Positions 47,565-56,743 of a DNA stretch of 64,000 nt are shown here, piece after piece (position 1 is the first letter of the stretch; every line of letters begins with the position of its first letter). The stretch covers positions 1,152,001 through 1,216,000 of the forward strand of contig OY970296.1 in assembly GCA_963716175.1 (NCBI GenBank). Direction: 5' to 3'. A program made the translations under genes and the position numbers. Under the pieces are notes generated by a model, which worked only from the letters and a program-made list of their open reading frames with translations, was not told the origin of the DNA and ran no database searches. The stretch is from an uncultured Armatimonadetes bacterium (lineage in GTDB: Bacteria > Armatimonadota > Hebobacteria > Hebobacterales > Hebobacteraceae).

Positions 47565-47669
47565 GAGATAGGCATTCTGCGGAGAGGGAAGGATTTCCCG
47601 CTACTGAGAGGGGGGAGACGGGGCCAAGGTCCTGCTAAATGGGTGCGCTTCGGCAACGCTGCTCTCACC

Positions 47670-47805
47670 GTTCGGCAGGAGCTTGCTCCTGCCCGATCCG
47701 TCCCTTCCATCGCGCAGGCGGGCGAGAAGACGGACAGGACCAAGGTCCTGTCAAACGGACGCGGCCCGGCCACCTCAACCGTTCGGCAGGAGCTCGCTCC
47801 TGCCC
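47670..47805 (+). repeat. Two GTTC-tagged REPs downstream of RAYT
   Basis: GTTCGGCAGGAGCTYGCTCCTGCCC at 47670-47694 and 47781-47805. Confidence 0.8.
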
Positions 47806-47808
47806 CTC

Positions 47809-48297
47809 CTATCCCCAGGGCGGATCGAATCCGCCCCAGCGCGAGTCGCGCATCTCCCAGAATCTTGCGCTGGAAAACGCATAGTACGTGGCCACATCTA
47901 CCATGCCAGCGGCCCGCGGGTTGTGGTGGACGTAAGCCAAACACTCGTCGAAGTCGTCGGAGTTCCTCACCACATGGTCGTAGAAGCGCCGGGCCCAGAG
48001 TTGACCGTGTCTGCCCGCGGCCGCGTTGATCTGGCGAGCCGACAGGCTGTTGATCCTCTGGACGATACGCGGGAGGCGATGGTCATGAAGTAAGGTCAGC
48101 AGAAGGTGGTAGTGGTGAGGCATGACAACGAAGGCGTGGAGTGAGCAGGAGCGGCCGCGCTCGGCGCAGATAAGGCGAGATAGCATCTCGGCACACGAGC
48201 GCTCCAAGAACCAACTTCGGAAACCTGCGGTTCTGATGGAGGCGAAGTAGGTAGCGTTTGGGAGATCAAGCCGCGGCAGGCGGCGGTGGAGTTTCAT
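47809..48297 (-). mobile_element. REP-associated tyrosine transposase (RAYT, Y1 HUH family)
   Basis: RRLPR..TYF, AFVVMPHHYHLL (HUH), LWARRFYDHVVR, YVHHNP, YAFSSA; flanked by REPs. Confidence 0.9.
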
Positions 48298-48306
48298 GGC
48301 GGTACT

Positions 48307-48351
48307 CGGGCAGGAGCAAGTCGCCAGAGGCGACTCAAGCTCCTACTCAAC
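48307..48351 (-). repeat. GTTG-tagged REP upstream of RAYT with 19-bp insert
   Basis: GGGCAGGAGCA[AGTCGCCAGAGGCGACTCA]AGCTCCTACTCAAC; same composite at ~62160-62202. Confidence 0.7.
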
Positions 48352-48360
48352 GACTGACGG

Positions 48361-49959
48361 CTACGGCCGCCCCCACACGCCCGACCTGACCCAGTTGGTA
48401 GCGCCGTCGAGGCTGTCGTCGGCGGTTTCGAGTTTCACGTCGGCGAGGCCGAAGCGAGAGGCGGGGCGGGCGCGGCCCTTCGCCCAGCGGCGCACCAGAC
48501 CAATCTCCTCGCGCATGGTGACCGAGAGGGGGACGGTCTCCTTGAGCGCGGTGAGCACGTCCCCGGTGGTGACCTCGCGTTCCTGCTCAAAGGCGGCCAG
48601 CAGGCCGGAGATCACGGCCTGCTCGATCTCGGCGCCCGAGAAGCCCTCCGAGGCGGCGGCGAGGGCATCCAGATCGAAGCCCTTGGCCTCGCGCTTGCGC
48701 TTGTCGAGATGAATGCCGAAGATCTCTTTGCGCTCCGACTCCGCGGGCAGGTCAACGAAGAAAATCTCATCGAAGCGGCCCTTGCGCAGCAGCTCGGGCG
48801 GGAGCTGAGTGATGTCATTGGCGGTGGCCACCACGAACACCGGCTTGGACTTCTCCTGCATCCAGGTGTTGAGGGTGGCGAAGACGCGGGCGGTGACGCC
48901 GGCATCGGCGAGGCCGGAGGACTGCACGCCGGCCAGGCCCTTCTCAATCTCGTCCAGCCAGAGCACGGAGGGCGAGACGGTCTCGGCCATCTGAATCGCC
49001 CGGCGCATGTTCTCTTCCGAGGATCCCACCAGGCCAGCGAAGATGCGGCCCACATCCAGGCGCAGCAAGGGGAGTCGCCAGAGGTGGGCCACGGCCTTGG
49101 CGGTCAGGCTCTTGCCGCAGCCCTGCACCCCGAGCAGCAGAATCCCCCGGGGCGCGGGCAGGCCGAAGCGGCGCGCTTTCTCCGTGAAGGCCAGGGCGCG
49201 GTTCCGCAGCCAGGCCTTGAGAATCTCCAGGCCGCCGATGTCCTCCACTTGCTCCTGGGATTCGAAGTACTCCAGGACGCCGGACTTGCGGATCAACTGC
49301 TGCTTCTCGGCCACGATCAGGTCCACGTCGAAGCGGCCCTTCTCCACCAGGCAGCGGGCGAAGACGTTCTCGGCCTCGGAGATGGTGAGGCCGAGGGCGG
49401 CCTTGAGGAGGTGTTCCCGCTGCTCCGCGGTGAGCTCCACCTGCACCCCCTCTTTGCCGCGCACGGAGTCGGCGGCGCGGGTGAGCAGCCCGTCCAGATC
49501 GCGCAGCCCCGGCAAGGCGTAGTCTATCACGGTCACGTCTTTTTGCAGCTCGTCGGGGAGCTGGAGCACGGGGGAGAGCAGGATCACCGTAGTGTAGGCG
49601 GTGTGGAGGACGTCGGCCAGGTCGCGCAGCTTGCGGATGACGGCGCTGGCGTGGGGATAGCTGGGAGAGAGGAAGACGTGGAAGTCCTTGAGCACGTAGA
49701 CCGCGGGCTCGGTGTTAGTGCGAATCGCCTCCAGCATCGCGACGGGATCGCGATTCCTGGCTTCGGCGGAGCCGGGAGTGATCTGCTTGGTGGGACTGCG
49801 CAGGCCGCTGGTCTCGGACCAGGTGTAGAAGTGCTTGTCCTGGCCCATCACGATCTCCTGGAGGGCGGCCAGCACCCGACGCTCCTCCCAGGAGACCAGG
49901 TAGAGCAGGGAGTAGCGGGCGCGGATGAGGATGTCAATCTCGCGCATCTGCGCGTCCAT
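48361..49959 (-). CDS. Ycf46-like AAA+ ATPase
   Basis: [25 protein letters not shown], Walker A GVQGCGKS, Walker [23 protein letters not shown]. Confidence 0.92.
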   Translation of the reverse strand: MDAQMREIDILIRARYSLLYLVSWEERRVLAALQEIVMGQDKHFYTWSETSGLRSPTKQITPGSAEARNRDPVAMLEAIRTNTEPAVYVLKDFHVFLSPSYPHASAVIRKLRDLADVLHTAYTTVILLSPVLQLPDELQKDVTVIDYALPGLRDLDGLLTRAADSVRGKEGVQVELTAEQREHLLKAALGLTISEAENVFARCLVEKGRFDVDLIVAEKQQLIRKSGVLEYFESQEQVEDIGGLEILKAWLRNRALAFTEKARRFGLPAPRGILLLGVQGCGKSLTAKAVAHLWRLPLLRLDVGRIFAGLVGSSEENMRRAIQMAETVSPSVLWLDEIEKGLAGVQSSGLADAGVTARVFATLNTWMQEKSKPVFVVATANDITQLPPELLRKGRFDEIFFVDLPAESERKEIFGIHLDKRKREAKGFDLDALAAASEGFSGAEIEQAVISGLLAAFEQEREVTTGDVLTALKETVPLSVTMREEIGLVRRWAKGRARPASRFGLADVKLETADDSLDGATNWVRSGVWGRP

Positions 49960-49965
49960 AGGTAG

Positions 49966-49994
49966 ATGATAGCGGAGGAAAGGAGAGGTGGCAA
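49966..49994 (-). promoter_or_regulatory. Promoter of a probable leaderless transcript
   Basis: TTGCCA-17 bp-TATCAT-6 nt-ATG; no SD. Confidence 0.65.
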
Positions 49995-50090
49995 GGCGGG
50001 ACCGCCCAAACGGCCCTCCGCCGATGAACGCCGACCGGATCGAACGACGGGCAGGAGGCAAGCTCCTGCCCAACATGAGTCCGACGCGCG

Positions 50091-50123
50091 CGGGCGGAGT
50101 CCGCCCGCGGCGGACTCCGCCCG
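50091..50123. terminator. Hairpin downstream of prepilin copy 1
   Basis: CGGGCGGAGTCCGC/GCGGACTCCGCCCG; duplicated at 52375-52404. Confidence 0.65.
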
Positions 50124-50148
50124 TTTCCTGCGAGTCACTCCAAGTCGG

Positions 50149-51159
50149 TTAGAAGTACGGCATCATGCACATGCCGACCGGCCCGAGAATCGCCGGGCTC
50201 GGGTTCTTCCGGCCCTCGGGGATGAACCAGCGCTCGTCCACGCTGCCGCTCAAGACCGCTTCGCTGGGCATCCAGGCGGCGTGCCCATCGGCGAAGCCGA
50301 GGTTGGTGCCGCCCATATGGCGGGAGTACGGCTTGCGGGCATTCGGGTCCGTACCGAATTTCGGATCGCCGGCGCCGCAGACCTGGGTCCACGAGCAGTT
50401 TTCCCACTGCACGTCACTCAGGCATCCGTACTCCTCGTTAGGAGCGGCGCAGCCCAGCTTGCACCAGTCGCCATAGGCTATGATGGTCGTAGTCCAGGTG
50501 TCGTTTCCCTGGACCTCGCACACGACCAGCCACCGCGCCGGGTCCTCAACCTGGGAGGTCTTCAGGTCCAGGTTCGAGTTCAGCCCGTTCAGGCCTCGCT
50601 CGAAGCTGCCGGTGCCGCCGCAGGTCTGCTGGGCGAAGCTGTCGGTGACGGTGCCAGCCCAGCCGGGCGGGTAAGGCGAGCCGCACTGCATGAAGGGCGA
50701 GCAGGCGCCATTCGCATCGTAGAGCTGCTGGACGCGTGTAAACCAGTCGCCGCCCATCGGGTCGAGGCTGCGCACATCTTCCACCACCCGGGCGGAGGGG
50801 CACCGCCAGACGTCCCGGTTCTTGGTGTACTCATCCAGGAGCACGGGCCACCTCAGGTAGGGGTTGTTCTTGAACCCGGCCTCCCAGACGCAGCTGTCCA
50901 CACTGTCCACTCCCTCAACCCCCATGTAGAAGTTCAGGACGTCCTGCCGGTGCTCGCTGGGCGGGAACCGGTCGTAGTCCGTGAGGTACATCTGCACCGC
51001 GAGCGCGATGTTCTTCACATTCGACAGACACTGAATCTTCCGGGCCAACTCACGCGCCCGGGCGAATACGGGGAACAGCATCGCGGCGAGGATCGCGATG
51101 ATCGCGATCACCACTAACAGCTCGATCAGCGTGAAGCCCCTGCGTTGTCGGCCAATCAT
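50149..51159 (-). CDS. Prepilin-type N-methylation / DUF1559 / H-X9-DG protein, copy 1
   Basis: [32 protein letters not shown]; [14 protein letters not shown]. Confidence 0.92.
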   Translation of the reverse strand: MIGRQRRGFTLIELLVVIAIIAILAAMLFPVFARARELARKIQCLSNVKNIALAVQMYLTDYDRFPPSEHRQDVLNFYMGVEGVDSVDSCVWEAGFKNNPYLRWPVLLDEYTKNRDVWRCPSARVVEDVRSLDPMGGDWFTRVQQLYDANGACSPFMQCGSPYPPGWAGTVTDSFAQQTCGGTGSFERGLNGLNSNLDLKTSQVEDPARWLVVCEVQGNDTWTTTIIAYGDWCKLGCAAPNEEYGCLSDVQWENCSWTQVCGAGDPKFGTDPNARKPYSRHMGGTNLGFADGHAAWMPSEAVLSGSVDERWFIPEGRKNPSPAILGPVGMCMMPYF

Positions 51160-51373
51160 CTTAGGCCCTGCCTCCTTGTGACAACTTGATGAGAACCGTC
51201 CGCTCAGAAGCCTTGGGTGTGCACCTGGGTAGCCGCCTCACCTCCTCTCGTCTTCCCGGCCCGAGAGCCGCGGGACTGCTCCTCGGGAGTGCGAGCACGC
51301 AGGCGCAAGCCCGAGTAGCACGCCCATGTTTCCCACTTCAGAGCTATGTTACGCCCATTCTCTGCGGCAGTCA

Positions 51374-51403
51374 TTGAATAAGCCTCCGGAACTCTTGTAT
51401 AAT
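51374..51403 (+). promoter_or_regulatory. Promoter of a probable leaderless AraC transcript
   Basis: TTGAAT-18 bp-TATAAT-7 nt-ATG 51411. Confidence 0.7.
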
Positions 51404-51410
51404 CGTCTGC

Positions 51411-52331
51411 ATGGAATGGCTCGTGGAGGATCTGGGGGTAGACCCGGTCACCCGCGCCCAGCGCTGGGACTTCCACCTCACGCCGGCCACGCCCGTCTAC
51501 CCCAACAGCAGCTTCTACCCCCAGGAAATGCCACTTCAGCTCGATGAGCATGAGGGGGTGGAGGTGGGGATCGTCCTCACCGGTCAACAGGAGCGGCACT
51601 TCGGGGATTTGGTCCGCGCCGCCGGGCCCGGAGATGTCTGGCTCTGCGCGCCCTGGGAGCCCCACGGCTACCGCGCAACGGCGCCAGATACCCGGGATGT
51701 CTGTCTGATCTTCCTTCCCGAGTTCCTGGGTGATGAGAAGTTCGATGGCTCGTCCTGGCTCGGCCTGTTCGCGGTCCCGCCCGCGCAGCGGCCGCAGGTG
51801 AATGCCCCAGAGCTGCGCGCGACTACACTGGCCCTGGCCTTGGCAATGCGGCGGGAGGTCCCGATGGAACGAAGCGGCTGGCAGACCGCCATCAGGCTCG
51901 ACCTGCTTCGGCTGCTCTTCGCACTGAGCCGAGATTGGAGGCCTCAGGCCCGGCCGAGCGCGCCCCCCGCCATCCGCGCCAGCAACATACCCCGCATCAT
52001 GCCAGCAGTGCGACTGATGCACTCTCGGCCCGGCCGCCGCGTGACCATCGCCGAGGCCGCGGCAGCCTGCGGCCTGGGCCGCGCACAGTTCTGCCTGATC
52101 TTCCGTCACACCATGGGGCTCGGCTTCGGCAAGTTCTGCCTGCGGGCCCGGCTGGCACTGGTGGCGGACCGGCTGCTCAACACACAACTGCCCTCTGGAG
52201 CGATCGCGGAGGAGACCGGCTTCGCTGACGCCAGCCACTTACATCGCACCTTCGTCAAGCACTACGGGTGCACGCCGGCTCGCTACCGTGAGCTGGGCCG
52301 GCTTCGCGCTGGTCGCAACGGTCGCGGGTGA
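51411..52331 (+). CDS. AraC-family transcriptional regulator
   Basis: Cupin (HEGVEVG..PGDVW..PWEPH) plus double HTH (IAEETGFADASHLHRTFVKHYGCTPARYR). Confidence 0.92.
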   Translation: MEWLVEDLGVDPVTRAQRWDFHLTPATPVYPNSSFYPQEMPLQLDEHEGVEVGIVLTGQQERHFGDLVRAAGPGDVWLCAPWEPHGYRATAPDTRDVCLIFLPEFLGDEKFDGSSWLGLFAVPPAQRPQVNAPELRATTLALALAMRREVPMERSGWQTAIRLDLLRLLFALSRDWRPQARPSAPPAIRASNIPRIMPAVRLMHSRPGRRVTIAEAAAACGLGRAQFCLIFRHTMGLGFGKFCLRARLALVADRLLNTQLPSGAIAEETGFADASHLHRTFVKHYGCTPARYRELGRLRAGRNGRG

Positions 52332-52374
52332 CTGGGCTGCGACTGCCGCCGGGACTGCGGGGCGCACAAACAGA

Positions 52375-52404
52375 GGGCGGAGTCCGCCGAAGCGGACTCC
52401 GCCC
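52375..52404. terminator. Hairpin between convergent AraC and prepilin copy 2
   Basis: GGGCGGAGTCCGC-CGAA-GCGGACTCCGCCC followed by GTTT. Confidence 0.7.
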
Positions 52405-52430
52405 GTTTCCTGCGAGTCACTCCAAGTCGG

Positions 52431-53438
52431 TTAGAAGTACGGCATCATGCACAGGCCGACGGGACCCAGAATCGCCGGGTTCGGGTTCTTCCGGCCCTCG
52501 GGGATGAACCAGCGCTCGTCCACGCTCCCGCTCAGCACCGCCTCGCTAGGCATCCAGGCGGCGTGGCCATCGGCGAAGCCGAGGTTGGTGCCGCCCATGT
52601 GGCGAGCGTAGGGCTTGCGGGCGTTGGCGTCAGTGCCGAACTTGGGATCGCCGGCGCCACACTGCTGGGTCCAGGAGCAGTTCTCCCATTGCACGTCGCT
52701 CAGGCATCCGTACTCTTCGTTAGGAGCGGCGCAGCCCAGCTTGCACCAGTCCCCGTAGGCGATGATGAACATGCTCCAGGTGTCGGTGTGCGCGACCTCG
52801 CACACCGTCAGCCACCGCGCCGGGTCCTCAACCTGGGAGGTCTTCAGGTCCAGGTTGTCATTGAGTCCGTTCAGCCCGCGCTCGAACTGGCCGGTGCCGC
52901 CACAGGTCTGCTGGGCGAAGCTGTCGGTGACGGTGCCAGCCCAGCCGGGCGGGTAAGGCGAGCCGCACTGCATGAAGGGCGAGCAGGCGCCATTCGCGTT
53001 GTAGAGTTCCTGCGTGCGTGTGAACCAGTCGCCGCCCATCGGGTCGAGGGTGGTGACATCGTCCACCACCCGGGCGGAGGGGCACCGCCAGACGTCCCGG
53101 TTCTTGGTGTACTCATCCAGGAGCACCGGCCACTTCAGGTAAGGGTTATTCTTGAAAGCGGCCTCCCTGACGCAGCTACCCACAGTGTCCTCCCCGGAAA
53201 CCCCCATGTAGAAGTTCAGGACGTCCTGCCGGTGCTCGGTGGGCGGGAACCGGTCGTAGTCCGTCAGGTACATCTGCACCGCGAGCGCGATGTTCTTCAC
53301 ATTCGACAGACACTGAATCTTCCGGGCCGACTCACGCGCCCGGGCGAACACGGGGAACAGCATCGCGGCGAGGATCGCAATGATCGCGATCACCACCAGC
53401 AACTCGATCAACGTGAAACCGTGCTTACGTCGAGCCAT
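52431..53438 (-). CDS. Prepilin-type N-methylation / DUF1559 / H-X9-DG protein, copy 2
   Basis: [25 protein letters not shown]; highly similar to copy 1. Confidence 0.92.
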   Translation of the reverse strand: MARRKHGFTLIELLVVIAIIAILAAMLFPVFARARESARKIQCLSNVKNIALAVQMYLTDYDRFPPTEHRQDVLNFYMGVSGEDTVGSCVREAAFKNNPYLKWPVLLDEYTKNRDVWRCPSARVVDDVTTLDPMGGDWFTRTQELYNANGACSPFMQCGSPYPPGWAGTVTDSFAQQTCGGTGQFERGLNGLNDNLDLKTSQVEDPARWLTVCEVAHTDTWSMFIIAYGDWCKLGCAAPNEEYGCLSDVQWENCSWTQQCGAGDPKFGTDANARKPYARHMGGTNLGFADGHAAWMPSEAVLSGSVDERWFIPEGRKNPNPAILGPVGLCMMPYF

Positions 53439-53808
53439 GACAGCGTTTGCCTCCTTGCTCTGTGGGTTCCTTGACACGGCACTACCTCATGCAGACGCGG
53501 CGACCAACTCTGTGTCTATCACCTCCCGGGGACCAAGATTGCCAAGTGCATTCAACGCCAGCCCGCTCCGACCTGCCAAGCCAGAGCTTGTTCTGCCGTC
53601 CAAATCGGGCAGCAGAACCAATCGCTCTCAGTATACCCAGGCCGGGACCGGCGAACCTGGGCGCTGCTCTCTCGTAGCTTGGCTGCTTCGGGCTGGCTGG
53701 AGAGAACGGCTGAGCGGCTAGCAGATCCGGGTGGCGACAGGGGGGGGCCGCGAGCAATCCCGGCCCATGACACCTGGGAGGTGCGCACTGTCGGTGCGGA
53801 TGCTATCT

Positions 53809-53849
53809 GTGTACCATTTTATGGTACACTTGTGCCAAGATTTGGCACA
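53809..53849 (+). promoter_or_regulatory. Tandem palindromic operators upstream of MNT-HEPN
   Basis: GTGTACCAT-TTT-ATGGTACAC and TGTGCCAA-GAT-TTGGCACA. Confidence 0.7.
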
Positions 53850-53860
53850 GGGGAACGCCG

Positions 53861-54439
53861 TTGATCAACAGCCTGATGCCGCCCGGACGGGTGCGAGTGC
53901 TGCGAGAGCTGCTGCTTCACCCGGATCGGGAGCTTTACCTGCGAGAGCTGGCGGTGCGAGCAGGGGTATCGCTCAGCTCGGCGCAGCGTGAGGTGCGGCG
54001 GCTCACCGAGGCCGGGATCCTGGCACGGGTGAAGCCGGGCCGCCAGCCGTTCTACCGCGCCAACACGCGGTCGCCTCTCTACCCGGAGCTGCATGCGATG
54101 CTGCTGAAGACGGTGGGGCTGGGCGAAGCGCTGCGAGAGGCACTGGCCCAGAGGGGCATACAGTTGGCCCTCATCTATGGGTCACTTGCGGTTGGGCAAG
54201 AGCGGGCCGACAGCGATGTGGATCTGCTGGTGGTAGGAACGGTGCGCCCGCGGGCACTATCCGACCTGCTGGCCCGGGCGGAGCGGGCCATCGGACGGGA
54301 GATCAACAGCATGGTGCTGACCCCGAGGGAGTTCGCCGAGCGCGTGAAGAGAAGGGATCACTTCCTGTCCAGCGTGCTGGCCGGCCCCAAGCTATTTGTG
54401 ATTGGCGACGAGGATGAGGCTGCCCGACTGGCTGCGTAG
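53861..54439 (+). CDS. wHTH-fused minimal nucleotidyltransferase (MNT antitoxin-like)
   Basis: N-terminal YLRELA..SLSSAQREV HTH; IYGSLAVG..DSDVDLLVVG. Confidence 0.9.
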   Translation: MINSLMPPGRVRVLRELLLHPDRELYLRELAVRAGVSLSSAQREVRRLTEAGILARVKPGRQPFYRANTRSPLYPELHAMLLKTVGLGEALREALAQRGIQLALIYGSLAVGQERADSDVDLLVVGTVRPRALSDLLARAERAIGREINSMVLTPREFAERVKRRDHFLSSVLAGPKLFVIGDEDEAARLAA

Positions 54440-54881
54440 CGGGGATCTGCAGCGGCAGCCCGCGACCAGGGAGGAGATCGAGAGACTCTTCGGGATCGCG
54501 GCGCGCGACCTGGGCGACTGCGAGGTGGCAGGGGTCTCGCGGGACCGGCAGTTCGCCATCGCGTACGAAGCGGCGCTCACGCTGGCTATGGTCGTGCTGC
54601 GGGCCGCGGATTACCGCCTCCGGGGGAGTTCGGCCGGGCATCACTGGCTCACCTTTGCGCTGCTGCCCGAAATCATGGGACCGCAGGCCGAGGCGCGGTC
54701 CCGCTACTATCAGGCTTGCCGCCGGAAGCGCCATCAGGCGACCTACGAGCGGACCGGGGTGACCAGCGAGGCAGAGCTGGCGGAGCTGGTGTCAGATGTC
54801 CAGGCATTCCGCCGCGAGCTGATTGCCTGGCTGCGGGCCAGGCACCCGGAGGTGCTGCCTCATCAGGCCGACCAGTCCTGA
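54414..54881 (+). CDS. HEPN-like protein (cognate toxin candidate)
   Basis: Overlaps MNT; ARDL, AYEAAL, GHH, RRKRHQATY. Confidence 0.8.
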   Translation: MRLPDWLRSGDLQRQPATREEIERLFGIAARDLGDCEVAGVSRDRQFAIAYEAALTLAMVVLRAADYRLRGSSAGHHWLTFALLPEIMGPQAEARSRYYQACRRKRHQATYERTGVTSEAELAELVSDVQAFRRELIAWLRARHPEVLPHQADQS

Positions 54882-54946
54882 TCGCGCTCTTTCCCGGGGC
54901 CGGCGGTTCACGCGCACAGACCTGTCGAAGATAGGAGCAGACAGCG

Positions 54947-55882
54947 ATGGGGATGCCATCAGGTGCCACGGGCGGGCCCGTGCTGACGGTAGGTTCAGTG
55001 GCGCTGGACAGTGTGCGCACGCCATTCGGGGAGATCGAGGAGGCGCTGGGTGGGGCGGCCAGCTATGCCTCGGTGGCGGCCAGCTTCTTCTGCCCGGCAC
55101 GCATGGTGGCCGTGGTGGGCGAGGACTTCCCGGAGGAGCACGTGGCCAAGTTCGCCGGCAGGGGCATTGACCTGGGCGGCCTGCGGCGAGCGCCGGGGGA
55201 GACTTTTCGCTGGCGCGGCTACTATGACTACGCGCTCAACCAGGCGCACACCGTCGTCACCGAGCTGAACGTGTTCGAGGGATTCCGGCCCGAGCTGCCG
55301 GAGAGTTACCGCCAATCTCCCTACGTGTTCTTGGCCAACATTGACCCCGCGCTTCAGCTCTCGGTGCTGGACCAGGTGCGTCGGCCCAAGCTGGTAGCGT
55401 GCGACACCATGAACTACTGGATCGAGCACTCCCCGGAGAAGGTGCTGGAGGTGCTGGCGCGGTGCGACATCGCGCTGTTGAACGAAGCCGAGGCGAGGGA
55501 GCTGTGCGGGGTGCCGAACCTGCTGGCGGCGGCGCGGCAGGTGTTGAACTACGGCCCGGGCGTGGTGATCATCAAGAAGGGCGAGCACGGGTCATTGATG
55601 CTGTCGCAGGATTCCTACTTCACCGCTCCCGGTTATCCCCTGGAGGAGGTGCGCGATCCCACCGGCGCGGGCGACAGCTTCGCAGGCGGGCTCATGGGCT
55701 ATCTCGCCCGCTGCGGAGAGCGCGACGATGGGGCACTGCGGCGGGCGATCATCTGCGGCACGGTGATGGCCTCCTTCGCGGTCGAGGATTTCTCCCTGGA
55801 CCGGCTGCTGCGGCTCAGCATGGAGGAGATCGCGGAACGCTACCACGAGATCATCGCCATGACCCGGTTCGGGAATCTGTGA
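54947..55882 (+). CDS. PfkB-family carbohydrate/nucleoside kinase
   Basis: VGSVALD..LGGAASY, NEAEA, KKGEHG, DPTGAGDSFAGG. Confidence 0.92.
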   Translation: MGMPSGATGGPVLTVGSVALDSVRTPFGEIEEALGGAASYASVAASFFCPARMVAVVGEDFPEEHVAKFAGRGIDLGGLRRAPGETFRWRGYYDYALNQAHTVVTELNVFEGFRPELPESYRQSPYVFLANIDPALQLSVLDQVRRPKLVACDTMNYWIEHSPEKVLEVLARCDIALLNEAEARELCGVPNLLAAARQVLNYGPGVVIIKKGEHGSLMLSQDSYFTAPGYPLEEVRDPTGAGDSFAGGLMGYLARCGERDDGALRRAIICGTVMASFAVEDFSLDRLLRLSMEEIAERYHEIIAMTRFGNL

Positions 55883-55963
55883 GCTGCGGGTGCGCGGCTG
55901 AAACCAGGGCCGACCCTCCTACGTATCTGGGGATAGGGGACTTGTGGCCCCGGGAGGTGCGAG

Positions 55964-56731
55964 ATGCGAGCAGGGCTAGTGATCTCGGTGCTGGTAGTGT
56001 TGGGCCTGGCGTATGGCCTGGTGCTGGCCTACCAGCACGGAGTCCGGCGCACGCGAGCATACGTGCAAGAGAAGATGGTGGGAATGGGAATGCCAGCAAC
56101 AGAAACGGCTCGCGCCAGCAGCAGTTTCGACCTCGGGGGCGCCACCGCGCTCACCATCGAGAATGACTTCGGGTCGGTGGAGGTGAAGCCCGGGGGCCCG
56201 CAAGCGCTGGTGGAGCGAGTGGTCTACGCCGGCGGCCAGGATGACGCGGCGCGGGCTCGCGCGGCGAAGTTCACGGTCTCAGGGGCGCGGGGACCTGAGG
56301 GCGGATACACCATCAAGGTCAGCGGCAGCCAGCAGCGCCCCCGGGTGCGAGTGGATCTGATCGCGCAGGCGCCCCCTGGCCTTGCCCTGCAGCTGAAGCT
56401 GCGAGCTGGCAATGGTGAGGTTGCCGATCACACGGGCCCGGTCAGCATCTCCTGCGAGTCGGGAAACGTCGCCGTCTCACTCGCCGGCAGATTCTCAGGT
56501 CGCCTGCGCGCCGAGACGCAGAGCGGCAACATCGGCCTCAAGCTGCCGGCCGACGCCAACTGCCGCATCGAGGCCAGCGCGGGGTCGGGCGGGGTGTCGA
56601 ACAGCCTACCCCTCCGCGACCTCTCCTCTGCCCATGGTCACCTCACCGGGAGGCTGGGAGCCGGCCTGGGTCAGATCGAACTCAGAACCGGCAGCGGCAA
56701 CATCACCCTGGAGCCGGCCTCCTCTGGTTAG
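55964..56731 (+). CDS. DUF4097 beta-strand repeat protein
   Basis: N-terminal TM; repeated xxSGNV/I motifs, IELRTGSGNITL. Confidence 0.8.
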   Translation: MRAGLVISVLVVLGLAYGLVLAYQHGVRRTRAYVQEKMVGMGMPATETARASSSFDLGGATALTIENDFGSVEVKPGGPQALVERVVYAGGQDDAARARAAKFTVSGARGPEGGYTIKVSGSQQRPRVRVDLIAQAPPGLALQLKLRAGNGEVADHTGPVSISCESGNVAVSLAGRFSGRLRAETQSGNIGLKLPADANCRIEASAGSGGVSNSLPLRDLSSAHGHLTGRLGAGLGQIELRTGSGNITLEPASSG

Positions 56732-56743
56732 GGCCCGATTGCC

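Noticed and set aside
47620-47810. CRISPR array
   Set aside because: Only two degenerate units, REP-like, and no cas genes in the window
47809-48297. IS200/IS605 insertion sequence with tnpB
   Set aside because: No tnpB; motifs and flanking REPs fit RAYT
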